Program-made: the position numbers and the translations under genes
From: Octopus sinensis
Taxonomy: Eukaryota
DNA: 64,000 nucleotides
Assembly (NCBI RefSeq): GCF_006345805.1
Contig: NC_043004.1
Location: 94,116,001-94,180,000 of the forward strand
Direction of reading: 5' to 3'
Notes under the pieces: model-generated
What the model saw: only the letters and a program-made list of their open reading frames with translations
What the model was told of the DNA's origin: nothing
Database searches by the model: none
Shown here: positions 12,591 through 26,974 of the stretch, piece by piece
Layout of the letters: each line of letters starts with the position of its first letter
How positions within the stretch are numbered: the stretch's first letter is position 1

Positions 12591-12940
12591 TATGTTCGAC
12601 CACAATGCCACAACTATTCCAATACATCTTCCACTTGCCTAACCACCATTCCTAGAAGCCAATCCCACTTTTTACACTCTTGCAACCATGGAATCACCTC
12701 AATAACAACAGGTACAAGGAAACCACAATTATGTCCGTGAATACCACCACCATTAAATAACTTATCAGGGCGGCCTGCAACAAAACAACAACTATGATAA
12801 CGTGATAAGCCAAGGAGAGAGCGGCTATACATGATCATTTGTTCTGCTAGAGATAGTAGAAAAGAGAAACGCTGAACAAACGTAGTCCCAAATATATGAG
12901 ATAAAAATGAAAGGTATGATCGCGGCAAGAAAGACTTAGA

Positions 12941-13170
12941 CGAGCTGGCAGAAACATTAGCACGCCGGACGAAATGCTTAGCGGTATTTCGTCTGCCGTT
13001 ACGTTCTGAGTTCAAATTCCGCCGAGGTCGACTTTGCCTTTCATCCTTTCGGGGTCGATAAATTAAGCACCATTTACGCACTGGGGTCGATGTAATCGTC
13101 TTAATCCCTTTGTCTGTCCTTGTTTGTCCCCTCTGTGTTTAGCCCCCTGTGGGCAATAAATGAATAAGAA
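12941..13170 (+). mobile_element. SINE family C
   Basis: Matches 36081-36312. Confidence 0.92.
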
Positions 13171-13340
13171 AGACTTAGACCATACATCTGTATGGTAATG
13201 ACTGACCAAGGGTTAAATAGCAGCAACGAATAACTACAACTGTAAAACATCAATATTTGTTTACAAATCACTACACCGCTCGCTAACAGCACCACCGCCA
13301 CCACCACCACAACTAAATCATTAGTATCACCAGTACCTTT

Positions 13341-13566
13341 TTCTTTATTACCCACAAGGGGCTAAACATAGAGGGGACAAACAAGGACAGACAAAGGGAT
13401 TAAGTCGATTACATCGACCTCAGTGCGTAACTGGTGCTTAATTTATCGACCCCGAAAGGATGAAAGGCAAAGTCGACCTCGGCGGAACTTGAACTCAGAA
13501 CGTAACGGCAGACAAAATACCGCTAAGCATTTCGCTCGGCATGCTAACGTTTCTGCCAGCTCGCCA
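13341..13566 (-). mobile_element. SINE family C, inverted relative to 12941-13170
   Basis: Reverse complement of family C. Confidence 0.92.
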
Positions 13567-14090
13567 CCACCATCGTTACCATCACCACCACCACCACCAC
13601 TACCACAACTGCCACTACTTCCACCACAGCTACCACCATCACTACTACCACCACCAGCAGCACAATTACCACACCACAACCATCATCATCATCACCACCA
13701 CCACCACTACCATTATCACCTCAACCACCACAACAACCACTCTCACCACTAATACCACCATCAGTATTGTCAGTGTTGTCACGTTAACCATCACTACAGC
13801 CAAAAGCAAACTTTGAAACATAACAATCACAACCACCACCACCACCACCACCACCACCACCACCACCACCATCACCACCACAGCCGCCAACAGGATCCCA
13901 GCTATCACCACGATAACCCCCACCGCTCATATCACGACTAGACCCTCAACTACAATCATCAGTATTTGAGCGATCACTACAATCACCACTACTACCACCA
14001 TCAACAACACTACCACCATAACAACCACCGCTACCACCATAACAACACCACCTTCATCACCATCACCATCACTATTACCATCGTCACAGT
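13567..14090. repeat. Degenerate (CAC/CAT/TAC)n trinucleotide tract
   Basis: Direct inspection. Confidence 0.9.
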
Positions 14091-14577
14091 TAACGTGACA
14101 GTCATAATTAGATAACAGTAAAGACAGGTAAAAAATACAAGGTATATCAATATGCCTACACAAACACACACACCAGCACACACATACACGGACATACATA
14201 TATATGTGTATGCATGTGTACATATATATGTATGTGTGTGTTTATGTATATACATGTGTGTGTATGCATATGTATTTGTGTATATGTATATATGTATGTA
14301 TGTATACATGTGTATATATATATATATACATATGTGCATGTATGAATATGCATATAACTCTTAAGTCATACATAGACATACATGCACACATATGTATGTA
14401 CGTCTCTCTCTCTCTCTCTCTCTCTCTCCATATACATATACACACACACACATATATATATATATATATGTGTGTGTGTGGAGAGAGAGAGAGAGAGGAG
14501 AGAGACGTACATACATACATTATATATGTGTGTATGTATGTCTATGTATGACTTAAGAGTTATATGTATATATGTAA

Positions 14578-14830
14578 TGGAGGCACATGGCCTAGTGGTT
14601 AGAGCAGCGGACTCGTGGTCGAGGGATTGCGGATTCGAATCTCAGACCGGGCGGCTCCGGCAGAAGGTAATGGCGAACTTCTGTTGACACTTTCGCCACA
14701 ACTTTCTCTCACTCTTTCCTCCTGCATCTTGCAGCTCACCTGCGACGGACCGACGCCCCGTCCAATTGAGGAAGCCGGGAAACCGGCCCTTATGAGCCAG
14801 GCGTGGCTCGAGAAGAAACAAACAACAACA
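14578..14830 (+). mobile_element. SINE family A variant with internal deletion
   Basis: TGGAGGCACATGGCCTAGTGGTTAGAGCAGCGGACTCGTGGTCG head; same subfamily as 62114-62400. Confidence 0.88.
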
Positions 14831-15597
14831 TATATATATATATAGACATATACACACGCACATACACACACACATACCACACACACACACACATACATAT
14901 ATATATTTATATATTTATACACAGATACTCACAGACTTCCCCCCAGACAGGTAGACACAAACAGTTTCACCCTCTCCCTCCTTCACTCTATCAATTCCCC
15001 CCCACACACACACACAGACGCATACACACACACACACACACACACCAAACGCATGTACACACACACACACACGCACACACGGACTGGTGACTCATTCAGG
15101 TGAAAGAAACAGTGAACTAGTAAGTAAATGGGACAGTGGAAAAGAAGGGTGGGGAATAGTCGCTTTTGACAAGGTTGGAGTGAAGGTGGTGGTGGTGGTG
15201 GTGGTGGTGGGGAAAGATTGCGGTGTAGAGGAGATAGAAATATCATAGGTGAGACATAGAGAGAGAGAGGGGAGCGGGAGAAAGGTGTGTGAAAGAGGAG
15301 GAGAGCGAAGTGTGACAGAAAAGCAGGTAAGCACAGAGACACAGGATAAAGAGAGTGGCGTGAAAACGCACACATGAACAGGTATACAAAGAGAGATGTA
15401 ATGAATATAAAGAAAGGAGCAGAGAGAGAGAGAGATGTAGGGGGAGAGAACATGTAGAGGAAAAATATAAATAAGGAGAATCCTTAAAGAAGGGGAGGTG
15501 AAGAAGTTAATCACACGCCGCCGCTTCGCTCACACGCTTATACATGCGACTACAAGCCTTAAACTACTTTATTGTAGAGAAAAACATTGTACGTAAT

Positions 15598-15861
15598 ATA
15601 TAATAATAATAAAGAAATTATTGTATACAGTGCTCAGGTGCACCACAACTTGTCAGAAAGTGCGTATAAAGCATACGCAGTAATGTACAAATGTCTGGGA
15701 AGTGAACTGTGTATGAGTCAGATATATGCTTGTGTGTGTATGGAGGGGAGAAAATCGGGTGTAGTATTGGCGAATCTCAGGAAGCATGGAAGTTTTGAAG
15801 GATGCAGTGCTCCGACAACTAACAACTGATGCCGGCAGTTTGTTCCATGCTTCAGCAACTC
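15598..15861 (-). mobile_element. CR1-like LINE 3' end
   Basis: Minus translation VAEAWNKLPASVVSCRSTASFK matches the CR1 ORF2 C-terminal pattern; short (TTA) tail. Confidence 0.78.
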
Positions 15862-15949
15862 ATATACATATACAACTTATAAACATTAACATATAAGCAA
15901 ATGGATTGTGCATGCAGCTTAGGTGCGTGTGAGTGTATGTGTACGTGTA

Positions 15950-16002
<53 letters not shown>

Positions 16003-16494
16003 ACGCGCATGCTTATATTGATATCAACAGTTCATAGACTGGAATTAGTTCTAGACAACGTATCTTTTATCTTGCAATTGTTTCTATCATTAGAGTGCTG
16101 CCATTTTGGGGTAAAACCTTGAGGAATTTATGATGGAACAAATCGACCTCTGTTGTAGAGCGGTAAGGAGGAGACACTCACAAAGACACACATGTACATA
16201 AATACATACATGCATGCATGCATACATACATACATAAATACAGACATACATGCATACATGCATAAATACATACATATGTACGTACGTAGTGCTTAAATAC
16301 ATACATACATAGCTACATATGTTTCAGCATTACATGTATTTTTATGGGATCACCATATCCATAGGCTATTATCAAATATTGTTTACAATATCCATGGCTC
16401 CCATAGGAGCCCCTTAATTCGACATGCATACTTCTTCAGGCACTTTTTGCATATATAAATATACGTTTGCGTGTGTTTATGTGTGTATGTGTGC

Positions 16495-16673
16495 GTGCGT
16501 GTGGATGTGCGTGAGACGGGCTTCCACACAGTTTCCGTACACCAAATTCACTCACAAGAGATTGGTCAATTACGGCTATAGTATAAGACATTTGTCTAAA
16601 GTGCCGCGCTGTGGGTCTGAACCCCAGACTACATTGTTGCAAAGCGAGCTTTGTAAACACACAGCCATGCCTG
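16495..16673 (-). mobile_element. SINE family B 5' fragment, diverged
   Basis: CAGTTTCCGTACACCAAATTCACTCACAAG...CACACAGCCATGCCTG. Confidence 0.7.
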
Positions 16674-16753
16674 TATATAAATTATACAAAATAGTTCCGA
16701 GCACTAATACAGGACATAGAAACAGGAAGTTACCCATAAATCTTGTACTCATA

Positions 16754-16922
16754 GGCGCAGGAGTGGCTGTGTGGTAAGTAGCTTGGTTCCACATGGTTCC
16801 GGGTTCAGTCCCACTGCGTGGCACCTTGGGCAAGTGTCTTCTACTATAGCCTCGGGCCGACCAAAGCCTTGTGAGTGGATTTGGCAGACGGAAACTGAAA
16901 GAAGCCCGTCGTATATATGTAC

Positions 16923-16984
<62 letters not shown>

Positions 16985-17214
16985 GCGTGTGTGTGTTTTT
17001 GTGTGTCTGTGTTTGTCCCCCTAGCATTGCTTGACAACCGATGCTGGTGTGTTTATGTCCCCGTTACTTAACGGTTCGGCAAAAGAGACCGATAGAATAA
17101 GTACTGGGCTTACAAAGAATAAGTCCCGGGGTCGAGTTGCTCGATTAAAGGCGGTGCTCCAGCATGGCCGCAGTCAAATGACTGAAACAAGTGAAAGAGT
17201 AAAGAGTAAAGAGT
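16754..17214 (+). mobile_element. SINE family B (tRNA-like head, CORE-like segment, internal (TA)n(TG)n, GAGTAAA tail)
   Basis: GGCGCAGGAGTGGCTGTGTGGTAAG...GGTTCAGTCCC...CCTTGGGCAAGTGTCTT...GACTGAAACAAGT; many near-identical copies in the window. Confidence 0.93.
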
Positions 17215-17634
17215 ATATCAGTCGCATACTTGTAACCACCATTCTGATTAATATGAAATGCTCTTAGTCTCAGCTAAAATATTATTACCAAAATGGAAAA
17301 CTGGTTTAAACTAACCGACACCTCGTCACCACCTATGAAATGAGGGCGACTGATAATTTTTTTTCTTGTTACTTAAACTCTGGTAGGCTTCACGCTTAAA
17401 TTCTAGAGATGAAGAGCAACAGGCTATACAGCGATGGTTAAGATGGTCATGCTGGCCCAGCAAGCTTCCGAAATACTAGTGAATGTTTTACTCATCGTTT
17501 CCTCTGTGGGAAAGCATGAATTTCGTTCAATCAGGTTCACAGGATTGACAAGAAATTCGAAATGCGACTGTTGTTCTCGTTAGTCACTGTAGCGACAACA
17601 TGTATCTAGTTCCAATGTGTGTGTGTGTGTGTGT

Positions 17635-18250
17635 GATGGCCGACCAATCGTGACCGAGAAAAGCCATTACTGACCTGTATGAACATTGTGCGCTCAAGAC
17701 TACCTTATACTTTACACTTGCGGCTCCGTTGGTGAATAACGAGCCCTGCTCTTAACAAACATACACGACTGCAAACATTGCAGACCAAGCTTTCCCCGTT
17801 CATTACACTAGCAGTGCGTTTTCCAGCAGCACGTTTAAATTCTTCATGAAGAATACGTGCTCTTTCAAAGGTATCAACTCCCTCCTTTACCCGTTTCCTC
17901 CATCCGTGGCAATGACAAGCATTGCTCTCACAGTCAGCTTCCCGCATTTCACAGGCCTTTAATGAAGATTTTACACAGTTCTTAAATTGCAGTCTTGGCT
18001 TCTTCCGGGGTCACTTTTCACTAACAAGTTCTCCATATAGCATCTGTTTAGGGATCCTGCTATCATTCATTCTAACAAGGTGTCCAGTCCAACGTAACCG
18101 GTGTTTGTGCACCATCGCTTCAATACTCGGGATATCGACTTTCCTTAGGACCTGCGTATTTGGAGTTTTTAAGGTCCAACCAACATTCAGGATGTATCTC
18201 AGACATCTCTGATGGAAGCGTTCAAGGATCTTTACATGACGTTTGTAAAG
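17635..18250 (-). mobile_element. RTE (BovB-like) LINE 3' fragment flanked by (CA)n
   Basis: LERFHQRCLRYILNV, RLRWTGHLVRMNDSRIPKQMLYGEL and a C-terminal C2H2-like CNVCSRVC..GLVIHQRS. Confidence 0.92.
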
Positions 18251-18307
18251 GGTCCTTGTGTGTGTGTGTTGTGTGTGTGTGTGTGTGTGTGTATGTGTGT
18301 GTGTGCG

Positions 18308-18373
<66 letters not shown>

Positions 18374-18564
18374 CTTGCATGCGCACGCTGTGTGTCTAGC
18401 TATACAATTCCGATCAGTCATTTCTGATGATTGTTTGGTCATACCTTCTTCGAAATGCCTAGTTTAAATGAAACACTCCGATAACTTTACTAAGACAAAC
18501 TTGGTCCTTAGTTTATAATATTATATTCTATCGAAATTCTACTCTATTAATTATATATATGATA

Positions 18565-18810
18565 GCGGTGGTGCATAGATTAGTGATTAGGGCGTTGGTC
18601 TCATGATCTTAAGATTATCGTTTCGATTCCTGGGCCGGGCGACGCGTTGTGTTCTTGAGCAATACACTTCATTTCACGTTACTCTACTTCACACAACTAG
18701 CAAAAATGAGTAATCCTTCGACGGACTGGCGTCCCGTCCAGGAGGAGAATATAGACGCCACAGAATACGTGAAACCGGCCTTATGGGCGATATGATTCGG
18801 AAAGGATTTT
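18565..18810 (+). mobile_element. Diverged tRNA-derived SINE (family A-related)
   Basis: TTTCGATTCCTGG B-box, GTGTTCTTGAGCAATACACTT, CGACGGACTGGCGTCCCGTCCAGG. Confidence 0.72.
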
Positions 18811-19137
18811 TTTTTTTTAATTGTACAATGTGTAATCGTTTTTCTCTTCGTCTATCTGCGTAATTAATGGAACAAATGCGAAATAGAACTCGATAGGCAA
18901 AATATTGCGCTTATACAATTTTAATTAACTGTAAATTTTAATTAACTGTAAAGCTACATAAGTAAGACACGAACCGAGAGTTCCGTGCGTTACACTCAAG
19001 TTCATTTGTAAATCTAATAAATAATTCTTAGATTTGACAATTTTTAAAAATTAGATTGAAAAGTGTATTGTAAAACATTTTCAAACCTTTAACTATGCAC
19101 TTAAGCATATATATGTGTGTGTGTGTAAATATATACC

Positions 19138-19176
<39 letters not shown>

Positions 19177-19292
19177 GCATATACATGCATGCATATTTTC
19201 ATACATATACTTTTAGAGAATTTGAATTTATCTGGGTGGTCATACTGCCACATGAATGTCTAGTTTCTGTCTGATTCATATATGTATACACG

Positions 19293-19329
<37 letters not shown>

Positions 19330-19557
19330 CCGCCATTTCTTCTGTACACACGCTTCGTGCATACATACACAATATATTTATAGGGATAAATATATATGTA
19401 TATACATACGTGTATATATATATATATATGCATATATAATATATACATATATATATATATATATTATATATATATATATATGCATATATATGCATATATA
19501 CATATATATCCATGTGTATATACATTATATATATAAGTATATATGCACACACACACA

Positions 19558-19611
<54 letters not shown>

Positions 19612-20371
19612 TCATATAAAAGTTGTCAAACACTTACTTGGTTGTTTGCTAAGTTTTGTCTTTGTGTAGGTGTGGTCGTTAGACTCGATTTTTATAATAG
19701 ACAATATTCTTCTTTCATTGAAGCTGTTTAAGTTACTTATGTCGACGTCTACGCTTATATAATAGACATATTTGATTTCTTTATCTTACGGGTGGTACTA
19801 GTGCGTGCAATAAGGGTGACCAGTGATACATTGTCAAAAGAGGTCTTCAATTAGGGTACCTTTAGAAAACATCACTAATTGTTGCTATTTATATGCTGTC
19901 GGTCTATATTTATATAAAGAGGAGTCGTGTATTTGGGAACGGGGATTTCATGTCTAATTGTTTAACAGTTAGATAATTCTATATTTAGAATCTTATAAGT
20001 TAATACTCTTTTACTATTTTCATTGTTTAAAACCATTATATGAGGCAGTAGAGTTTTATTTGAATTATCAGCCAAGAAGGGTTCTACCACGAAGAGTTTA
20101 TTTTAATATGATTAAGCAGCTGCTATCTTCATCATCGCACAGCATCCTCGCTTTACCTCTCTATCTATCACTAACTCTCTCACCCCCTTTCTATTCAAAT
20201 ATAATTTTCATTTTCACTGATTTTCACTAAACCAACAAGAGAAAGAAGGGAGAGAGAGAGAAAAGAAAGAGAGAAGTTTAAGAAGGAAATAATTGAGTTT
20301 GTCATTACACAAATATTCCCCAAATTTCATTAATTGATACCTCCATTTTCTCTTATTTTGCATTTGTACAG

Positions 20372-20581
20372 CTGGCTGTGCAACTCCGTTTCACCTTCTA
20401 AATCCATCTCGTAGCTGGTGGTTTGAGGGAGATACGCCTGTTTTGCAGAGAGAACGGTTGGATATTCCAAATACTAGCTCTCTACTTGAGATCACACCTA
20501 TTTCAACATCATCTGGCGCTATTCTTCCTCCATTGACGTTCCAGGGAAATTTGTCCTTTCGGCTCACAATAATGGGTGTAG
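20372..20581 (+). CDS. Candidate internal coding exon (210 bp, phase 1-1) of an unidentified host gene
   Basis: Polypyrimidine tract plus TACAG acceptor, G|GTATGC donor, open frame GCATPFHLLNPSRSWWFEGDTPVLQRERLDIPNTSSLLEITPISTSSGAILPPLTFQGNLSFRLTIMGV. Confidence 0.6.
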
Positions 20582-20915
20582 GTATGCTCGTTTTCTTTAA
20601 ATAGTTTGGTCTGCAACTCTGTAGCTTCGGATTCAACGCCGATACTCGGCTTTGTGGATGTCACCTATCATAGCCACGTAAAGACCAACGAGTTGTGAGT
20701 AAACATTGATTGATGGAAGCCATGTAAAAGCCCGCCAGAAGGAGCAATCCTGTCCTGAAGAGACAGACTTAATCTCACATCTGGTGTAACACCATCACCT
20801 AGCATCTGGGAGCCTTCAATTAAATTGCACACATTGTGCTAGGTCGCCAATCTTCCTACCACCAGTGGAGCAGAACCTAAAACTGATCTTAGATTGTATC
20901 CTTCTTTGTCTAAGC

Positions 20916-21331
20916 CAGTGGTTCGCAACCACTTTTTTTTCAACCTATGAGGCCCTTTAGTTTCTCTTTTACTCGGATGGACCCTCAAATCCATTCGATG
21001 TTTGAAAAATCATATATTATTATAATTAAATATCACTTTCAAGTTTTGGCACAAGGCCAGCAAAGGATGAAACGCAAAGTCGACCTCGGTGGAATTTGAA
21101 CTCAGAGCATAAAGACAAGCAAAATACCACCAAGCATTTCACCCGGCGTGCTAAAGATTCCGCCAGCTCGCCACCTTTTTATTACTAAATATTATTAGAA
21201 ATTGCATAAAAATTTTTTTTTTTATATTCTGTGTATTGTAGAAGTACAACCAATTTATTTCACATAAATTTTAAAAGCAAAATCTTACACAGATCCCTAA
21301 GGGCCATGCGGACCCAGGTTGAGAACCACTG
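20916..21331. mobile_element. hAT (Charlie-like) MITE containing a SINE C fragment (about 21045-21178)
   Basis: TIRs CAGTGGTTCGCAACC / GGTTGAGAACCACTG; imperfect 8-bp TSD GTCTAAGC / GTCGAAGT. Confidence 0.8.
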
Positions 21332-22136
21332 GTCGAAGTCATAGCAAAAATAGATACCATTCAGTTTAATTATCCATTAATGTTATCCAAGAAAAACAGC
21401 GCTTCAAGCGAGATACAGCTGTCTCCATTCTCACTTCACGAGAAGAGTTATAAAAAATATGTAGGAAAAATATAACATTTAATAAATTTTATTCCATATT
21501 TTAAAATGTACTGAGTTCTTTGTCATATGACTCATCTTAGTCCTTGGGCTGAGATCCTCACGGTTATTAATATTTAAATATATGTGCGTGTGTATGTATA
21601 CGTGTATGCATGTGTATCCGAAGCACACGGAAATACACACATAGTGACATACACATACATACGCACTCGCACAGGTGTGTGCACGGCTATTGTTCACGAA
21701 GAAGACGGAAAACAAAACACTGATTTGAGTCATATGTTTGTCTTACTCTCATTCTCACAGTGGTACGCATACAAAGAACAGAGCGTAATATGCTACACAC
21801 ACATACACACACATCACACATTTACCATACACACATTACCACGAATACAAAGTTATTGTATACATACACACTAACATAACAAATACACAACGCAGCACTA
21901 GACATACACACCCTCAAACATACACCCAGACACACTCATACCTCTACATACATTCAAACACACACTTTTAAATACACACACACACACACATTGAAGTATA
22001 TTCCTACAAGTTTATACGCACACACAATCACAGGCATACATACATACATAAATAAATATACAAATACATGCAAGCATACATATATATATACATATAAACA
22101 TACATACATACGTACATACATGCGCCTATACATACA

Positions 22137-22170
<34 letters not shown>

Positions 22171-22313
22171 CATACATACATACATACATATATATACACG
22201 CGCAGACATTCACACAGGCATAAATCAAAGAATAGATATACATGCAGACATCCAATCACACACACACATAGATTTCATATAATCACTGTTATATACAATC
22301 GCATACACACATA

Positions 22314-22357
<44 letters not shown>

Positions 22358-23068
22358 ACTTATACTCGCGCACATATAGTGCCTCAACACACCCCACCCT
22401 CTTGTGGCAAAAGAAACGCGCCACTATACACACATACACTCTCAATCTCTCTCACTCACACACACACACAAATAGACACAAGTCCACAAACGCATATATA
22501 TGAAAATTATTTTAACACTCATAAATTTCATTACAAAACAGCTACACTCACACTATAATATACACCCAGCTACACTCACACATGCAAAAATATGACCCTC
22601 TTGTTGACGTGTATTCCAGTTGTTCAATCCACAAAACTATCAAACCATTTAATTATATCATAGGTGACGGTTAACATTCACTCTAGTGTTGTAAACTGTC
22701 CTAAAAAAACTCAAAGTAAATTACGTCAGAAGCCAGAAGGGACAACGGTGATATCTCATGCTTTCATGTAAGCAATCTAAGTGACAGTCTCTCAACCACA
22801 TCTACATTAGATGAATTATTATTGATAGGGGCAAATAGCTCTTCTCAAGAAAGGAATTGGTTCGTAGAGTCCGAGAGAACCCACAGGAACAAAGCCACCG
22901 ATTCCTGTTGGTTCTTTCTCTGCAGTTCATGAATGGTGTAGGATTATTGCTTTGCTCACATGTAACTGTATTGGCTATCATGCGTCAAAATGCAACCCAC
23001 AGAATCGCCTCCTCAGTGGTGTTCGTTGCTGAATATAGTAACATTGGAGTGGCGTACCTCAGCCGCTA

Positions 23069-23283
23069 CGAGGGGCTGCTGAAAAGTTCCTAGCTTTAAG
23101 AGTAACGTGAAAGCCGGGTTGGAAGCCTAACCTTCTGAGTTCTTTTACAGGGCTCAGAAAAAACTGAAGGACCGCTGTAATGTGTGTGAATCTGAAAGGG
23201 AAATATGTTCAATAAAATCCTAATTAGCTGATCCTCCTACATTTTCTTTTACCAAAAGCTAAGAAATTTTCAGTACCTCTTTG
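23069..23283. mobile_element. Mariner-type MITE with TA TSD
   Basis: TA|CGAGGGGCTGCTGAAAAGTTCCTAGCTTT versus AAAGCTAAGAAATTTTCAGTACCTCTTTG|TA. Confidence 0.75.
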
Positions 23284-23857
23284 TATTTCTGAAATACTAA
23301 ATGTATTAAGAAAATTCACTATATATATATATATGGGTACCTGTGGACGTGGCATAATTACGTTCTTTTTAAAGAAATCTTGATATGTCACTATTGTCAC
23401 TTCCTATGTCTATCGCATTTTGCTTTCATTTTCTAGAACAAATTACTTTCATACTTTTTACGACAATGAGTCACCTTAGTGACTCAGTAGTGCACTGGCA
23501 CGGATACACTTAATATAATTTTCGGGCACGGTCAGTGTGACGTTGTCATTGTTGTTGTTGCTGTTGTTGTTGTTATTATTTAATCCAGCGAATTGGCTTA
23601 GACATTAGAGCGCAGGAAATGAGCCGTGAGGTAATTGTTGCAGTTATCTACGCTCTAAATTTAAATTTCGCCGACATCTTCGCACTTCGTCGTTTCGGTG
23701 TCGATAAAACGAGTTACCACCTCAGAGTAGAGGTAGTAGCTTATTTTATTGGCAGAATTATTAAACCGACCGTCGGCCGAGGCGCAATGAGGTACGGTGT
23801 GTCTTCCGTGTATTTATTTATTTATTTATTTATTCATTCACTCATTCGTTCGTTTGT

Positions 23858-24267
23858 TTACTCTTTACTCTTTTACTTGTTTCAGTCATTTGACTGCGGC
23901 CATGCTGGAGCACCGCCTTTAGTCGAGCAAATCGACCCCGGGACTTATTCTTTTGTAAGCCCAGTACTTATTCTATCGGTCTCTTTTGCCGAACCGCTAA
24001 GTTACGGGGACGTAAACACTCCAGCATCGGTTGTCAAGCAATGCTAGGGAGACAAACACAAACACACAAACACACACTACATACATATATATATTACATA
24101 TATACGACAGGCTTCTTTCAGTTTCCGTCTACCAAATCCACTCACAAGGCATTGGTCGGTCCGGGGCTATAGCAGAAGACACTTGCCCAAGGTGCCACGC
24201 AGTGGGACTGAACCCGGAACCATGTGGCTGGTTAGCAAGCTACTTACCACACAGCCACTCCTGCGCC
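23858..24267 (-). mobile_element. SINE family B
   Basis: Reverse complement of 16754-17214. Confidence 0.93.
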
Positions 24268-24504
24268 TATTTTGTTTATTGGACACAATCGTTTACTTGG
24301 TGAACGGAGGTGTTAAAAAGTATAGAGTCGATAGCATCGCCCTTCCTACTCTGATTAAATAATATAGCTCGACCCTGGTCAAACGCACCTACAATTAAAG
24401 ACATTCTAACCATGATCATCACATCTTGTTTCTGCTTTCTAATGTACCCTGGACTAGATTAACTATCCCCTCTCTTCTTTTTTTAACAGTAGTATGTGAT
24501 CAAG

Positions 24505-24790
24505 CGGAGGCGCAATGGCCCAGTGGTTAGGGCAGCGGACTCGCGGTCGGCGGATCGCGGTTTCGATTCCCAGACCGGGCGTTGTGTGTGTTTATTGATC
24601 GAAAACACCTAAGGCTCCACGAGGCTCCGGCAGGGGGTTGGTGGCGACCCCTGTTGTACTCTTTTGCCCCAACTTTCTCTCACACTCTTTCTTCCTGTTT
24701 CTTGAGTAACGCTGCGATGGATTGGTGTCCCATTCAGCTGGAGAGAACACATGCGCCACAGAAACCGGGAAACCGGGCCCATAAATAAAA
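24505..24790 (+). mobile_element. SINE family A
   Basis: Head near-identical to the 10596-10977 copy but with a different 3' tail. Confidence 0.9.
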
Positions 24791-24894
24791 ATAAATGTGA
24801 TCAAGCCACTGCCTGTAGCCGGAAATGATGACTGAAAGTGTGGGCATTGTGGGAAGCGATGGTGTTGTTGCAGCTGTTATAATATTAATATATA

Positions 24895-25121
24895 TTTCTT
24901 TACTACCCACAAGGGGCTAAACACAGAGAGGACAAACAAGGACAGACAAAGGGATTAAGTCGATTACATCGACCCCAGTGCGCAACTGGTACTTAATTTA
25001 TCGACCCCGAAAGGATGAAAGGCAAAGTCGACCTCGGCGGAATTTGAACTCACAACGTAACGGCAGACGAAATACGGCCACGCATTTCGCCCGGCGTGCT
25101 AACGTTTCTGCCAGCTCGCCG
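24895..25121 (-). mobile_element. SINE family C
   Basis: Reverse complement of family C. Confidence 0.92.
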
Positions 25122-25971
25122 TTAATAATGTTAATATATGCTGTGATGATGGCGACAATGGCGTTGTTGTGGTTACGCTTGTTATGCCCGTGATGGTGCA
25201 GTTAGTGGTGCTGTTATTGTTGTTATAGTGATTCATTGTAATTGTAATAATGATGGCAATGGTATTGTTGTTATCATTATTGCCCTTTCTGTAGTTTGCT
25301 GTGATGGTGGTTCATGTCACTCCTTAATGAAACTTTTCCCAATGAATTGGGAACCGCAATCGATACTGCACCTCATCATTTCTTTCTTCGTCTTCAACAC
25401 ATTTCATGGATTACTATAATGCATATAATCACAATAATTACGCGGTCATGGCAGGGTGGGGTGTCACCCCTGCCTCTACATAAACACATCCGCACACTAA
25501 TGCAACAAATGTACAATGCCTCATATGCAAACACTAAACAATCGCAATCACACATACCCAGCATCTGTTTGTTTTTTAGGCAGTTCACCATGCGACGTCA
25601 CTATATATTTTTGCTGGTTGAGTGACGTAGAGCAACGTGAAATGAAGTGTTTTGCGTAAGAACACATCGCATCGCCCGATCCAGGTATCGAAACGACAAC
25701 CTTAAGATCACGAGTTTAACACCCCTAAACACTAAGCCACACGCCTCAACGCAGTCACACATCTGAAGTAAGATACTAATACAACCCAATCCATTCACAA
25801 AAACTGACAATCTCCATGTATATTCTTGCAATACATTCTCTTATATATGTGCGGTTATCTACATGCATATATGCAAGCAAACGCAGGAGTGTGCCTCACA
25901 GATACGCACATACATACATAAAGCCAGACTGTCTTACCTTAAACACACACACACACACACACACACCACAC

Positions 25972-26005
<34 letters not shown>

Positions 26006-26198
26006 GACGGGAAAGTTTACGAAAATAAACAAAAGACGAAGGCAGGTGGAGTACAAACAAACAAATGTATTAGTATAGCGCTCAGGAATAGAAATAGAAC
26101 AAGTCTTTTACGTTTCGAGCCTACGCTCTTCGACAGAAAGATACACAGAAAAAAACAAGGAGAGAAAAAAATGCGTGTAAGAGCTAACGATCTATCAT
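26006..26198 (-). mobile_element. About 190-bp microsatellite-embedded element carrying an HHR-like motif (26104-26141)
   Basis: Minus: TCTTT-CTGTCGA-A-GAGC[GTAG]GCTC-GAAA-CG-TA-AAAGA; paralog at 57933-58122. Confidence 0.72.
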
Positions 26199-26770
26199 AC
26201 ATACGTACGTACGTGCATTTATGCGTGCATATACACGTGCGTATATACATTTAGATATGTATTCATACCTACACACACATGCGCACATACATGCATTGCC
26301 GAACCAACCACACGTCATACTTGCATGCAAACACAAATGAACTAGTAAACTTTAAATGACATACTCACACACACACACACAAACACACATACACACATAC
26401 ACATACATGCACACGCTCACAAGCACACACACACACCCTCACACGCATGTAGTAATGCACTGTCAATCTCAGCTCACCTACATATGAGAGAGTAAATGTG
26501 TTGCTATCCCACGCTGTATGATTCACTCTGGCTTTTAAGTCTGTACGAGTGTGTACCCGTTCTTCCTTCGCCCGGCAGCAGTTGCCGTCCTTGTTGCTCA
26601 TGATGACGACAACGACGACGACGGCGATGATGATGATGACGATGATGATGATGATGATGATGATGACGATGACTTAAAAAATAGAATAGTTTGAACGAAA
26701 TTCCATTGGTCATAAGTAAATATAAAATAGGTTAATATCAAGTGCACATCTAACTTGTGCTTCCAAATTG

Positions 26771-26837
<67 letters not shown>

Positions 26838-26974
26838 CACCACCACCACCACCAACGCCACCACCACACCACCACTACTACTACTACCACCACCACCACC
26901 ACTACTACTAATACTACTACTACTTCTACTACTACTACTACTACGGCTGCTGCCGCTTACTAATTGTAATAAGG

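Noticed and set aside
12614-12860. Minus ORF with a good acceptor
   Set aside because: The ORF start lies in a SINE and the remainder resembles decayed trinucleotide repeat; no recognisable motif
24505-24580. tRNA gene
   Set aside because: This is a tRNA-like SINE head without a complete cloverleaf, and it continues into the SINE body
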